DNA of 64,000 nt from Callorhinchus milii (Eukaryota). Both the position numbers and the translations under genes were made by a program. The notes under the pieces are model-generated. The model had not been told where the DNA came from. It did no database searches and saw only the letters and a list, made by a program, of their open reading frames with translations. Positions within the stretch are counted from its first letter, which is position 1. Every line of letters starts with the position of its first letter. Positions 1-13,729 of the stretch are shown in pieces. The DNA is taken from positions 4,216,001-4,280,000 of the forward strand of contig NW_024704746.1 in NCBI RefSeq assembly GCF_018977255.1. The letters are read 5' to 3'.

Positions 1-228
1 TGCGTGTCTGTGTGAGGGCTTTATTGTGTTTCCTGCGTGATCGATTGTGAGATCTCGACATCTACGACCTCCAGCCACAGTCACACAGGCTGCCCACGGA
101 ACTGATCTGCTCTCGGCTCCCTCGCTGCGGCCCCACATTAACCGTCACTTCACACACAGCTCTCAGTAGCTGCTGCTCTGGGTCCGACATTATGGGCATG
201 ACCTGACCTGTGGTACTGTTGTCCACAG

Positions 229-466
229 ACGGAGCTCGGGCAGTGACCGAGGCTGAGAGGCCGGAGACGGGCCAGGTGCCGGCTAGACTGCAGTTTCAGC
301 GGCCGACACGGGGCAGCAAGCACACGGGACTGAGCACAGCACGGCTGGGTTAACGCCAGGGGTCCAGTCGGTACCGGGGACTGTGCGCGCCCCTCCTCCC
401 AAACGCAGAGTAACGGAGCTCAGTGAGCTCTCCCCCCAGGACAGGGAGCTGCTCAATAGTTACTGA
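229..466 (+). CDS. LRRC42: Leucine-rich repeat-containing protein 42, last coding exon (partial gene; frame discontinuity)
   Basis: Acceptor ccacag at 227-228. One frame gives (D)GARAVTEAERPETGQVPARLQFQR, resembling human YGKR...KLQFYK. A second frame ends PPPKRRVTELSELSPQDRELLNSY* (TGA 464-466), resembling the human C-terminus DWDLLNSY*. Lies tail-to-tail with LDLRAD1 as in human. Confidence 0.75.
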
Positions 467-1505
467 GTGAATGTGACACCCTTCCTCTCCCACAGATACT
501 ACTACGGGACATGACTACACACTCCTACCCCACAATGGGGGAGGAGATAGTTTGTGTAAAGGTCCACACTCTGGTTAATATGGAACCCAGTTGTTAGTCG
601 ATTGGCAGATCGCTTTTCCGGAGGTAATAAACCCTCCAAAAAAAATGAATAATAATAATTTGGTCACTCGCTCCAGGACTGTTTGGGGGACACTGTGGGC
701 GCAATTGGCTGCTGGTTTTCGCCCACAAATGTAAAGTCAATTCACTTTACAGTATATTCTGTGAAGCACTTTAAGACATTTTGAAGTTGTGATAAGGTGC
801 TGTATCAAATGTAAGGATTATTCTTCTTAATATCTTCAAACCATCTTCACCCTTCGAGTGGGATGAAGTCGGGCCGGCCTGAGGCCTGGCAGTAGTTTGA
901 GGGATTTTATTCCTCTTTCCTGAAGGAATGTTGTGGCTAGCTTCTGTCTGTATCGACTTACAGATTTTACAGTTTTTATTTCTGAATAAATTGATTGACA
1001 ATGAACAAAAAAAAAAGCTGTGGACGGTTCTTGGGCTAAGAGTAAGGGCATCCCCGATCCTAGCACAGTTTCCAATATTTTTCTGATGTAATTGTGACAC
1101 TCACCAAATACACACTCAGCAACACACACACACTCAGCAACGTATGCGCATTCCTAAACCGCCCAACTTCACCATGAACTGACACCGTGGGATCCGGTTT
1201 AACCTTGAACACAGACGGGTTCCAAGCAGCATTTCCAAACCTTCAGTGTTTGAAGTCGACTAATTTTATCCAGGGGATTGTCGGCCATGAGACGGAGAGA
1301 GAGAGAGAGAGAGAAACTCCCTTCTCTTTTCCAATTGCACCGCAGGATCTTTAATGTTCGATGTGGGATTGAGCACAGAGGTTCCAAGCTTCAAACTCCA
1401 CACAATACACAGTCTGTGAAGCCATTTTACTGTAAGGTTTCAGGTCTGTGATGTGTCACGATGTCTCTTGACTGTCTTCCTGCAGTGGACAGTTCCTGGC
1501 GTGGC

Positions 1506-3512
1506 CTATGCCTGGCAGATGTACTCATCTGACCAGTCGGTACAGTGTTGTATGCCATCCTGGCACAGCGCCCTGGGCACACAGCCACAGAATTGATAGA
1601 ACACAGACTGACAGCTCCACTGCTGGGGCCCACAGCCACCACACTCTGACACTGAGAATATTAAACAAATACTAATCAAAATGAACCATTGTTCTGCGCA
1701 ATCGGTGGCCATGTTTCGCCAATAAAATACAGGTTATTACACTTTACAGTATATTCTGTGAAGTGCTTTGAGAAGTCCCGAAGACGTGATAAGGTGCCAT
1801 GTACTATCAAATGTAAGGATTATTATTACAATTCAACCGTGAATATTTATCTTTTTTAATCCGGTTATGGACCAGAGCAATTTGATACTCACAGGGGAAA
1901 CTTTCGTCCGAGCAGTCTCCGCAGTTGTTGAAGCCGTCGCACACTTTGTCGGCGTAAATCCAGGAGACGGCATCTCCGCACAAGAACAGCAGGTGGACTG
2001 GGAGCGAGTGCGGCAAGTTACCTGGGGGCACAGAGCGTGGGGTGGCGGGGGGATGGAGGGGGAAGAGAGCGGTGGGGGGAGGAGAGGGAGGGCCAGAAAG
2101 AGAGGGGTCAGGAGTCACGTGGGAAAGACAATGAGACACTAAAGTAAGATTGTTAATCTTTGGAAGGTTTTCCTACCGCACAGTGCAGGGTCCTCATCCT
2201 CTCCGGTTACACAGCCTCTCGCTCGGTCACACACCTGGGACGGCTGCAGGCAAGTCACTCTGTCATCACACAGGAAGCCGGACGTGTTGCTGACAGTTGC
2301 ACAGAATCTTTGTGCTGGAAAAATACATGGCAAGTGTGTGGTTTTCCCCCAACAAAATGTAGTTTTAATAATAAATAAATAATACTTGCATTTGATATAG
2401 CGTCTTATCACATCATCGAGATGTCTCAAAGCGCTTCACAGGATATAATGTAAAGTGTAGTGACTATGTTTTCGTTGGCGAAAACTCTCTCGGTCCTACA
2501 CAAACAGCCCTTTTGTTCTTCATCACCAAATGATCTGGAGTCTGCCTGTAGCAGGCGTTGACCTGGAGTCTGCTTGTTATTTTTATGAGGTCAGGATAGC
2601 AAGGGATATGGGGCAAAGATGGGTAATTGGCATCAAGATACAGATCAGCCATGATCTTATAGAATGGCGGAACAGGCTGAAGGAGCTGAATGGTCTACAC
2701 CTGTTCCTATGATCTGGAGTCTGCCTGTCATGGGCTGACCTACAGTCAGTCTATCGGGCTGAGCTGCCTGTAGCGGGCTGACCTGCGGTGGGCAGTGGGA
2801 TGCCGAAGAGAATTCCACAAACAACAGCAGCCCCGAGTAATCCCAGCAACAACAGCACCAGCCCAGTGATACTCCAACACAGCCGCGAACAGCCTCCACC
2901 CCAGCCCCGACCTCCTGTGGGAAACACACATACACGTTAAATCCACACATGCACACGGGCGCGGATACACACACGAGCGCAGATCCACATACTCGCGCCC
3001 CCACGGATCCACATGCACACAGCCAATGTGAGTGACAGGAAACGAAAGACAAAATACTACAGATGCTGGAAATCTGAAATAAAAACAGAAGTCACTGGGA
3101 ACATTCAGCAGGTCAGACAGCATCTATGGAGAGAGGAAAGTGGGTTAATGTTTCAGGTCGTTGACCACAGGTGGGTGTGTCAAGTCGATGACCTGAAACA
3201 CTAATCCACATTCCTCTCTCCATGGATGCTGCCTAACCTGCTAAGTATTCCCAGCCGCTTCTGTTTTTATTAGCAAAGCAGCCCAGGTCCCCAGCGTTAG
3301 GGTGTGCGCATCATTCAGCCCCTGTACCTTTCTCCCGGAAAGCCATGGACCCCGATGACCCCAAAGACATGCCATCAAAGCTCCTTTGCTGGTTAAAGAG
3401 AGGACAAGGAGTTCAGTAAAGCCCGTTTAGATCCGAAATTCTGGCTGATACTAACATCAGGCCCTGTACTGACCGCAGTGCTGAGCTCCGGGACGGTCTG
3501 GTTCCATTTCAT
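1506..3512 (-). CDS. LDLRAD1: Low-density lipoprotein receptor class A domain-containing protein 1 (~214 aa, 6 coding exons)
   Basis: Exons 3512-3474 (MKWNQTVPELSTA), 3388-3328, 2914-2783 (TM helix ITGLVLLLLGLLGAAVVCGILFGIP), 2314-2177 (LDLa: GFLCDDRVTCLQPSQVCD), 2021-1893 (CGDAVSWIYADKVCDGFNNCGDCSDE), 1651-1506 (CQDGIQHCTDWSDEYICQA*). All introns GT-AG; 645 nt in frame. The first two exons are less certain. Confidence 0.9.
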
Positions 3513-5916
3513 CTTCCTCCTGCAGGCTGCGATCCTGAGATTCTGTCTCCTGGTTACCAACGACAAACAAACCATCCCACCTTTCTCCCTAACCTGGGTT
3601 CAACGTTTTATTAGTAACTAAGAGACTGAGGTTACAGACTATATATAGCCCCACAGCTCCCACCCCACCCACGCACCACACAGCAACGCCCCCCCCCCCC
3701 CCTTACACACAGACAAACATACACACAGACACACATAGGCTAAGCTATTGAAATGGTTTATTATAAACTCCCAAGAGGATTAACTTTTCACTGCAAATCA
3801 GATGCCCAGAACTGCAGGCTTCTCCTTACTGCGATTTACAACTAATGTTTATGTCTCTCCCCCCTCCCTTTCCTCATGGCGTCAAAACCACAGCTCCATT
3901 CCCTGCCTTGCACCTCAGCACCTGAGGCCTCGGGGACTGGAAGGAATCAGAAGCTGTTTTACACAACAAACCGTCAATTCAGTGTTTCAGAGTGCGTGTG
4001 TGTGTGTGTGTGCATGTAGGCAAAGTTCCACTGTCACTTTGTGTTGTCCAGCAAGTGTCTTGCACACAGAAGACACAGGCCTGTGAACCAGCGATATATC
4101 TACAGCATTGACATGGTGTGAGCAGAATCTCCCTTCTCTTTCCAATCTGTGCTATTGTGTTATTTCTAGAATTACTTTGTTGGACCAACTTTTCTCCCTC
4201 TCTCCCTCACTCACCCATCGGGTTTTCCCAAAGCAACATCGGTGCTGCTTTACTGTACTCTCCCACTGTACCGAGGGAGAGCAGGCGCTTGGTGCTAAAC
4301 CAAAGCCAGCAGTGGCCACCTTCACTTACTGTGGGCAGCTTGGCAGGGCTGACACCAGCCCGACAGTGAGCATCGATGAGATTAAATAGGCTGAAGGGAC
4401 TTCATCTGAAAAAAACTATCTTGTGATCAATCTTCGCTCAGCCCCGGAGTGCTGGCTTTGCTATATAACTGAAAGTTGTTGTTGAGAGCAAATTAATTTT
4501 GCTGTGTGCTTGTAGTGACAGAGAGCAAACTGGATCACCACAAATACAGCTTTGGTGAAGAATTTATATGAGGTAAATAGGTTAGTTAATAATTATTATT
4601 ATTGTAGATGTGCAAGATGGCAGGAGCCAGGCGGCGGGGAGAGAGTTTTACAGGAGTGTATCAGGTAGGGGGTGAAGAGGAGGCTAACATGTCTGAGAGA
4701 CGAGTGAACAGCCATAATAATAATTCTTACATTTGACGCAGCGCCTTATCATGTCGTCGAGATGTCTCAAAGCGCTTCAAAGTTCTGGGTCCTCTTGCTT
4801 GCGAGGCGAGCACACTAACCACAATGCTACAGGACTCCACTTTAACCCTGAAAACTGACTTAATGAAAGCCATCCAGAAACCAAAACTAGGTCAAGGCCA
4901 GTGGGTTCATCAGCAATGGACAAATTGAGATTAACAGCAAATTCCACTCCCCATCAACTGAGATACACAAGAACAACTTGTTCGTACTTGGCCAAGGACC
5001 AGGTGACCCATTAATGAAACAGGCTTCTGTTCCTGTTCTATGTTCCTAATATAGAATAAACACATTTCACAACATTTGATAAAAGGTGATCAAACCCACA
5101 TTTATTTTATTCCTTCAGCGAGAAAAAAAAAACACCCTCTTGGTCCACAAACCAAACCCACATCAGAAATCTTATACTAAGATCGAGAACAACACCGGAC
5201 ACAAGCAGCAGGCGGGAGAGGGCGACTGTACTGAGGGTGACAGTACTGTACATTGTCGTAGCACTGAAATAAACTCTTTAATGAGAGGAGAGACCTGCCG
5301 AAAAACAGGAGCTAGAGAGAGAGAGGCATTAATAAAAGGATCAGGACATTGTTTAAACCAACAGCCACATTGGGCTCTGCTTTTAGTGATGAGCTGCAGT
5401 TAACGTGGTTACACAGAGGATTGGTGCGCACGCACACATACCTACGTGTCCCCCAGTGAGACAGCACACAGGACATGTCAGAAACACCCACCACAGCGCT
5501 GACGGACACTGGTCAATAAAAGCCAGGAAATAAACTGGGGGAAAAAAAAAGTACTTCTTCTCAAATCTACTGTGGCGGTGGGAGATAAATGTGTCTCACG
5601 TCACGGGGTTCACAAAAAGGAAGAGCGAGAGCAACTGGTATAGCCAACTGTCTCCAGTTAATGATGATGTGGAGAATGTGCTGCTCAGGGAGAGGGAGAG
5701 CCAGACAGCCAGCTTCCTTTCCAGCCCAGACGAGCGACAAACAAGACACATCTAGAAGTTCAACTTAAAAATTATTTCCATTCCCCTATTTATACCCTGC
5801 ACACAACAAAAATAAACCACAGGATTCTTGCAGGTTTGAAACTTTACCTCACCCGGATATTTGGCAAAACTATTAGTTAAGTTCAAAAATGCATCAAGTT
5901 CCGAGGTGAGGAGCCT

Positions 5917-8900
5917 TTACACAGGCGAGTGGCTCAGGCTGACTTTGGGGGGTAATGGCCCGGCCTCGTCTGAGGATTTGATGACAATTAGAGACGATGC
6001 TGGGTAGGGAGCAAGTTTCAGGTCGTTCATAAACTCCAGATCCCCGTAGATACTCAGCTTCTGCAACACAACAGTGTCAATGATCAAACTATTAAACAAT
6101 TTAATATAACAAGTCTGATACCAATACAGCTGATGACTGAATAAGTGCTGGAAACAGGATATGAAACAACAGCTAGTGGTTAGCAATAATGTGTGGATGC
6201 CCAGTTACAGCAAGGAGAGGAGCTCAGAGCTGCGAGGGGGTTCAGCACAGGGCAGACAGGCAATGCCGGGGCCGAATGTACAGTTGTGAGGATGTCGTTT
6301 GTGCAACTTCCCCTCTGCCTGGCTCAGAGTCAGGCTCCAAGAAGCCGCATAGCCTGACGGCCACTGCGCAAGTGCAAGTTGTTGTTTGCACTGATAGGAG
6401 GTGGGGGGCAGGGTCTGCGGCGACGGGGTCTGCGGCGACGGGAGGCGGGGTCTGTGGCGACGGGAGGCGGGGCGGTTGAGGTTTGTGGTGATGGTCATGG
6501 CAGTTAGCTCACCTCAGCCGGGACATGCTGCTCCACAGCGGTGGCAGCGGTAGCACAGCAGATCCAGAGCAGCACCAGCACCGAGAGCACCAGCATGGTG
6601 GTCAGGATCCAGCGTGGAATCCCGGCGTTCCTGAAACAGCCATCGCAGCTCCTTACACCAGCTACCGTAACTAGCCATAACTCCTTACACCAGCCACCGT
6701 AACTAACCATAACTCTTTACACCAGCCACTATAACCATATAGCTGTTTGTCAGATCAGGGTATCAAGGAATATGGAGCAAAGGCCGGTAATTGGAGTTAA
6801 GGTACAGATCAGCCATGATCTTATAGCATGGCAGAACAGGCTCAAGGGGCTGAATGGCCTCTTTCTGTTTCTAAGCTCCCTCTCCTCGTCAATCCTCGCT
6901 CCCCCACCCCTCCACCCCCGATACCACACACTCAAACATGTTGTCACTCAGCGGCACCGAGGGTAAACAGTGGAGACAGATACAATCCCTGCTCACAACT
7001 ACTTCTGGCTGCAATGGGTCAGGGAGAACAGGACATTTACCTGGACAAACACTCCAAGATGCTCTGACTTTCCTGTTCCAGTGCCAAGTCACTGTAAGAG
7101 CCGTCTTCATGCTCATGCCTGAAAGCTTTCTGTGTGTCGTCATAAATAGCCTTGGCTATGTGGTCTGCAACTGGAGAGAGAGAGAGAGAGTTAGAGGGAG
7201 TGTTGGGTGTAGCTGTCACACTACCGAGCTCAGGGACATTGCCATTAGCCTCGCACGGCTGGTGGTGTATCTCACTGCTCCTTTACGAGGCTATGTTTAA
7301 TGAGAGGTGGGGAGGGCACAGAGAAGCAGGTGTACAGAGCAGCGAGCAACGAGGACGCTCGCCACGTTCAGCTGCTGCAGGAACTACTGTGTTATCTACA
7401 ACACAGTCACTACATTTTACAGTATATCACATGACGCACTTCAAGACGTCCTGCTGACGTGAAAGGGCAGATATCAAATATCAAATGTAAGGGTTGGCTT
7501 TGTAACTGAGGCTCCATCAGGTGACCAGATAAAATGGATTGCGAACAAGGCGAGGTGTTTGGGGAGGGTAGAGCAATTACCTTTGTCAATGTTCATAAAG
7601 AGACAAATGGTTGAAGGGTCTTCAACCTAATCTCCCTTGTGACTGGCAAGTCTCCACACACTGAGACAAATCAGGGTACAGCATTCCTCATCGAGTCTTG
7701 TAATTTAATTAGACCACTCGCAAGCAATTATTCTATGAAGTGTTTTGAGATGTCTCGAAGACGTGATAAGGTGCTATATCAAATGCAAGTATTATTATTA
7801 CTCACCTGATAATGCCTGGGAGATTTCCTTCCCACTGTCTGCTTGCAGCTCAAACTGAGGAACCATGAACTGGATGTCGGGCTCTGACTGGGTGGGAAAG
7901 GACAGGGTCTGTTAGTTGCACAGAAACACACAAGGTGAGAAGTGATGAGGGAAACCTCCCACAGAGAACTCTGTGCCCCAGCCCAGCGGAAGCAGAGCCA
8001 GGTCCCACCCTGTCCTCCCCAGACAGCCACTCTAAATAAATACACACACATACTAGAGAAGGGTGTGGCAGCGAGTGTGGTTAGGAGAACCGAGGCTCCT
8101 GAGTGAGACTCAACCCACAAACCCGGCCCCTGAACACAGTGCGCCACTAATAGCCCCAGGGACACAACGCCCGCATCCCGCAAGCACCTCACCTGGAACA
8201 CCAGGACTTTGCCATCGTCTGTCTGGAGATAGAAGGTCCACGAGGTGAAGAAGCTCTGAGCGGAGTTCATTAAGTCGCTGCAGAAAGCCGACATCAGACT
8301 GACAGGGTACAGAAAGTGGATTTTTGGGACCATGGACAAGAGCTGTGGGGGAGAGGGGAGAGAGGTAGGGGTAGGGAAGAGAGGGGAACATGACAAGAGG
8401 AAAATATTCAATGGTTAAATAAACTATGCATGGTTCAATATTAGTTGAAAGCCATGAAGGGTTAGATTCCGAAACCAGGTCACACCCAACTTTATTTCCC
8501 TGTTCTTATCTTTGCTTTGTCTCCAATCTCATTCCTTCTCTTCGCTGCCTGCCCCCCACCTCCTAAGTCAGGCTGTCTTAAATCCACATGAGCGTGTGGG
8601 TTCAGAGACATGGCAGTGCTGCTCGCTCGCACACACACTGCCAGGCTGCTAACCGAAGCGTGTCTCAGGCAATGGAAAGGAGGCCAAAACCTCTGCCTTA
8701 GCACCAGATTGGGATCTTTGGACACACTTCAGCAGCAGCCTTTGACTGTTAAGGTGTAAAACTGAACGCCTCCTGTGCTGTAACCATCACCCCATTCGAT
8801 CCTGAAACTCCAGGACTATTCACACATAAAGCCCTTCAACAACAACAACAAATCGTGGAGTCCTGTCGCTCTGTGGTTAGAGCACTCGCCTTGCAAGTGA

Positions 8901-9787
8901 GACACCCGGGCTCAATTCCAGGTAGGGAATTGGGTAAGTTTCCTTACTCCACACGCCTAATGACAATCCCTCCAAAAAATAATAATAATTGGTCATTTTC
9001 AATCCACGACTGTTTGTGGGACACTGCTGTGTGCAATTGGCTGCTGCGTTTCGCCCACAAATGTACGGTCAATTCACTTTGCAGCATATTCTGTGAAGTG
9101 CTTTGAGATGTCTAGAAGACGTGAAAAGCGCTGTATCAAATGCAAGATTAATATTATTAAATGACATTTACACAGCGCCTTTCACGTCTTGAGGAGGGGG
9201 TTGGGATCAGGAGGGGTGGAGGGCAGGGAGGGTGTGGGTAGGATGCTGAAGGCCCGATTGCTGATGGTAGGGCCGGCCGGGTGGGGAACATGGAACAGGT
9301 CGGATCCTGCTGAGCGGAGGGAGCGGACAGGTTGGTATGGAGTTAGCAGGTCACTGAGCTAGGAACCACAACAAAATTACATTTGAATAGCAAGGAGCAA
9401 GGCTGTGGAATGCTTTGAAGGCTTCAACCCGAAGGCTGTTTAGAGACATCTAAATCTTCACTTACAAGCTTCTGTTGCTGCTCAGCAAAGGGCAGTTGGT
9501 TGTCACAGCCGAAGTTACAGGCAAACTGCTCATCCTGCTGGGAGTACGCTTCAGCACATGCTGCAAGGAAAGAGATTGAAAACAGCGAGCAAACCGGCAC
9601 ACAGTAAACAATTCACACTGAAGAGAAAAGATAATCAGTGTCAAAGCAGTTTATAATCCCCCACTGGCTTCAATTACTGTGCAGCTACACATGGGGAGAG
9701 AGTTTTGTCACACAGTGGTTTTGTAATGTGCTTTATTAATCAGGGGAGATAAGTAGGCATGTGCACCTCTGATACCGCATCACCTGA

Positions 9788-9828
<41 letters not shown>

Positions 9829-12800
9829 CTGCATTCTGTTCCTCACTCAATGCTGCTAAAACAAGTTCTGGCTCTCACATCACCTGAGTGACTGTTGTGG
9901 ATGGACAGACACCACTGCGGTCTGCACAGTGACCTACCAGGCTGTCGATTACTCAAATGTCCTCCTCACTGATCTCCGCTGCTCCACGATTCATGAAATT
10001 CAATTAATTCAAAACTCTGCTGCCCGCATTCTCACCCGCACTAAACTGCGTATCTCCATCACCAAATGTCATTTTGTTGTTATTGTTGTCCTTGTCAAAC
10101 TCCATTGGCTCGACTTCAAGATCCTCACTCTTGTATTTATTTAAATCCCTTTTAGCCCTGGTACCCCCCATCACTCCAACCTGCTCTCTCCCTTCATTAC
10201 TACCCGCTGCCTCAGCTCAACTGGCTCCGGCTTCCTCCGCCATTATATATATATATAATATATTATACATATTATATAACTATATAGATTTCTTATAATA
10301 TATATTATGTATAAGCATTGGTGTTGTCCCTCGGACCCTCCACCCCACTATCCATAGCCTTGCTTTCAGCCACTACGCCCCGAAGCTGTGGAACTCTACC
10401 TCAATCCCTTCACCTTACCTCCTCCGCATTTTCAAGTCGCCTCCCCCATCCTCTGGCTTGGCATCTTGCTCCGTCACTATTAAGCGCTCCGAGATGCCAT
10501 CCGGTATGAAGGGCACTATATAAATGCAAATTGTTGCTGTTGCACAGCGACCTGCCAGCCTGTACACTGAGCTGCCAGTCTGCACAGTGAGCTCCATAGT
10601 GGGAGGTGTAGCTCAGAGAGAGTCAGCCAGCAGAGGAGAGGCAAACATGGAAAGCAAAGAATAACTAACTCACAACCAAACACATCATCTGCGAGCCTTC
10701 AAACAAGCCATCAAACAACTGCCCCTTCCTGATGTGCGGCCACAGGTATCTACCATCAACAACTAGTCACACCCAATGCTACAGGGGGATTGCACTGCTT
10801 ACATTCAGAACTTCGATTGGGCCAGTCAAATACACAATGCTGCTTTGTACCATAGTCAGTGCCACACAGTCCTACTCACTCACTCCACATCCACTGCTCC
10901 AACCCCGCCTGCAAGAGCCGTACCATCCATCTGTAAAGTCTCACTGGAAACTTGCCAGTAAACAATTCTGACACAGATTAAATACCTTAGGATTCTGGTT
11001 GATCTAGATTCTTGTCTAATATTCTGTCAGCACTCTTCAGTGTTGCTACCAATTATGTGTATGTGCGTTTGTGTCTGTGGTGGGAGCGGGATGTAGCCAC
11101 AACACCCAAAAGAACACAGGAGACAGACACAGATCTTACCAGATTCACATTCCTTCCTGGTCCTGTTCAGATCACCGCCGTCGTCCACAAACTGACAGAT
11201 GGAGAAAAGCCGGCAGCCTCTCTGGCAAGCGTACAGCTCCTCTTCCTGCAACCACATAGCACAGCTTACAACTTCCATCCCAAAGCCAACACTGGATTGT
11301 TCTTCAGTAAAAGCAACTTGTGAACGCACATTATCTCACTACAAGTAGTGCAGAAACCGCAACCCTCCAGGTGTCAAATCTAGGGATCATCTGTTCCCGA
11401 GTTTATGAGCCTGGAAGTTACATCAAGGATACATTCTGCAGACACATCTGATAGTGTTACATCTCTAAAGGGTTTGAAGTGCTCACTAAATGCTCCTTTC
11501 TGTTTTGCTATCAGTTGGCTAGTTCCTTGTAGATAGACATGCATGTTGCTTTATTGGATCTAATCTAAGCTACCCTCCTGTCATCTCTTCAGTGGCTCTG
11601 TGTGAATAAGAGCTCCTTGTCCCAGTGTCTGCGGTTTCTAAGCAGGAATGGCTGACAGTTTGCAATAATTTTGTGTTTATTTCACTTTTTAAAAAAAAAC
11701 AGATTTGATTAGTCCCAGCACCTGCTTTTATGATGTTTTGGGATAAATTGTTTTCTATGAATGAAGCACAATTCGAAAAGAGGACATTTTTCCTGGTTTC
11801 CTGGACTTTACACTAAGCTCATACCTTGGAATAAATATCCACCCCATACTGCGCATCTTGTTGGTGGTAGCAAGCCTCAGGAATCAAATGGAGGTGACAG
11901 TTTAGGACTCGGTAGGTTTTGCAATTCTCAATGATGTGAAGAAAGATATATCATTCTCAGTGTACACTGAGTTAGTAAAGTCTGATTGAGGTATGGAGTT
12001 TCTGTATGGACAGAAATTGTCATTCTGGCGCAAACAAAATACCACTCAAACTCCTGGCCTGAAGAAACTTTAGTTGAATGGAGAAGTAAAGTCCGACAAT
12101 GACAACTTGCATTTATATAGCGCCCTTGATGCTGGATGGTGTCTCAGAACGCTTAAAATACCCAGATGGTTACACACTGTACCTGACTCCGAGCACCAGG
12201 TCGACAACACAGTGTGACCGCATCAGAGGCTGGGAACCTAGACTGTCAGCAGGAATCCCATCCTCTCTCCTGGGGTTATACTGAACTAAACTGACAGCAT
12301 TTCTGGCTACCACACTGTTACCTAAATTTAAGAGTAGCAATTAGTGGCTCAGCTCATTGTCAGCTGTGGACAAGCTGACATCACACTGACAGTGATGTCA
12401 CCAAACAGTATAAAGTTTATTTAAACAAGCTTTTCAGTCACTAAATAGTGAACACTGAACCCGACCTAACACTTCAAATCTTATTGCCACCATCGCACAG
12501 ACTTTCATCACATGAAATTTCGTACGTTTGTGATTGAACTTAAATATAGGGTAGATATGGCACGTGTGTCAGTTCAAAGATACGCAACATCTAACCCTGG
12601 AAACAACTGACTTCCACAGCAGAGAAAATGACATCACAAAACTCCTCATTCAGTCAAAAATACACAACTGTTGTTGCCTGGTGTGGTTGTGGGGGTTGGG
12701 GGGTAGGAGGGAATATTAAAGCTAAGTCATAAAAAGCAGAGCATTTAAACCAAACTACAATTTCACACATTATTCAAATCACAGTGACTTTTGAGTCACT

Positions 12801-13729
12801 CTCAAGGCGAGAAACTGTCATTATACTGTGGGTCTGGATGTCATGAAGCCACACAAACATTATACTAACATTTCTTCAAACCACACAGCTCCTGCTCTCT
12901 AAAAAAAATGTGGGCACTCAATGCACAACTGTTTGTGGAACATCATTGTGCACAATTGGCTGCCGCGTCTCACGCACAACATACGCTGCGAAGCGCTTTG
13001 AAACGTCTCGAAGATGTGATAAGGCGCTGTTTCAAATGATTGCCTTATTATTGTAAGCAGCTGTAAGCTTCACAGGACGGCAGCCGGATCCCGCTTTACT
13101 GCTGGTTCAAAGGCCAACAACCGCAACAGTTTGTCCCAACCGCATGAGAGCGCCTGACAGCGCCTGACAGCACAGGGGCGGAGGGAGGCGCAGCGCAGGC
13201 AACAGAACTTCAGCGATTTACACGAGAAGCCCGAGTCGCGGTGACGGACCGGGGTGTGTGTGTGTGTGTGTGTGTGGGGGCGGGGGGTGTGGGGGGGTGT
13301 GTGTGTGGGGGAGGACATTCGGTGGGTGTACGGCCGCGTCCGTCACCCCGACTGTTTGTATTCAAACCGTAAGCCTTGTTCCAGGGAGCTCCGGGAGCAA
13401 GGCCGCCAGACCCCGGGCCGCCGCCACCTCTTGCTAAGCCCCTGCCGGCGCTCAGCGAGCGAGCGAGCGACAGACAGACAGACAGACAGCTCGGTCTTCC
13501 CTCCGCCACCGCCCCGGCCTCCCCGGGCCGGATGGCGGCCCGCACCCACCTTGGGGTAGGTGTGCAGGCTGTAAGTCAGGCCGCAGGCTTTCTGACAGGA
13601 AGACGTGTCGCCCAGAACCGCGTCGAAAGCATCGGAAGCTGCCCCCGCGGCGGCCAAAACCGAGCAGAGAATCAAAGCCGCGGGCCCGAGCCCGACTCTG
13701 CCGCTGCTGCCTCCCGCCCTCGCCGCCAT
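5917..13729 (-). CDS. TMEM59: Transmembrane protein 59 (BSMAP family, ~334 aa, 8 exons)
   Basis: Exons 13729-13550 (signal peptide, AFDAVLGDTSSCQKAC..YSLHTYPK), 11245-11140 (EEELYACQRGCRLFSICQFVD), 9560-9466, 8342-8193 (SWTFYLQTDDGK), 7887-7806, 7170 (or 7164)-7041, 6630-6513 (TM WILTTMLVLSVLVLLWICC), 6060-5917 (KLSIYGDLEFMN..EAGPLPPKV). GT-AG introns, in frame. Confidence 0.96.
6640..6745. repeat. ~32-bp tandem repeat (3 copies, CCTTACACCAGCYACCGTAACTARCCATAACT)
   Basis: Three imperfect adjacent copies next to the TMEM59 exon 7 acceptor. Confidence 0.75.
8855..9160 (+). mobile_element. tRNA-derived SINE (tRNA-like head, central domain, L2-like 3' tail ending in (ATT)n)
   Basis: Head GTGGAGTCCTGT...GTGGTTAGAGCACTCGCCTTGCAAG with a B-box-like segment; tail GTGAAGTGCTTTGAGATGTC...TATCAAATGCAAG. 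More than 20 full or partial copies occur across the window. Confidence 0.85.
9930..10535 (+). mobile_element. Degraded L2-clade LINE 3' fragment
   Basis: Translation DYSNVLL..IQLIQNSAARILTRTK..KLHWL..FKILTL is typical of the L2 ORF2 C-terminal region, followed by an L2-like tail. Confidence 0.75.

Noticed and set aside
3550-3572. RFX/FOXJ1-like motifs upstream of the LDLRAD1 ATG
   Set aside because: The match to the X-box consensus is too weak to support from sequence alone.
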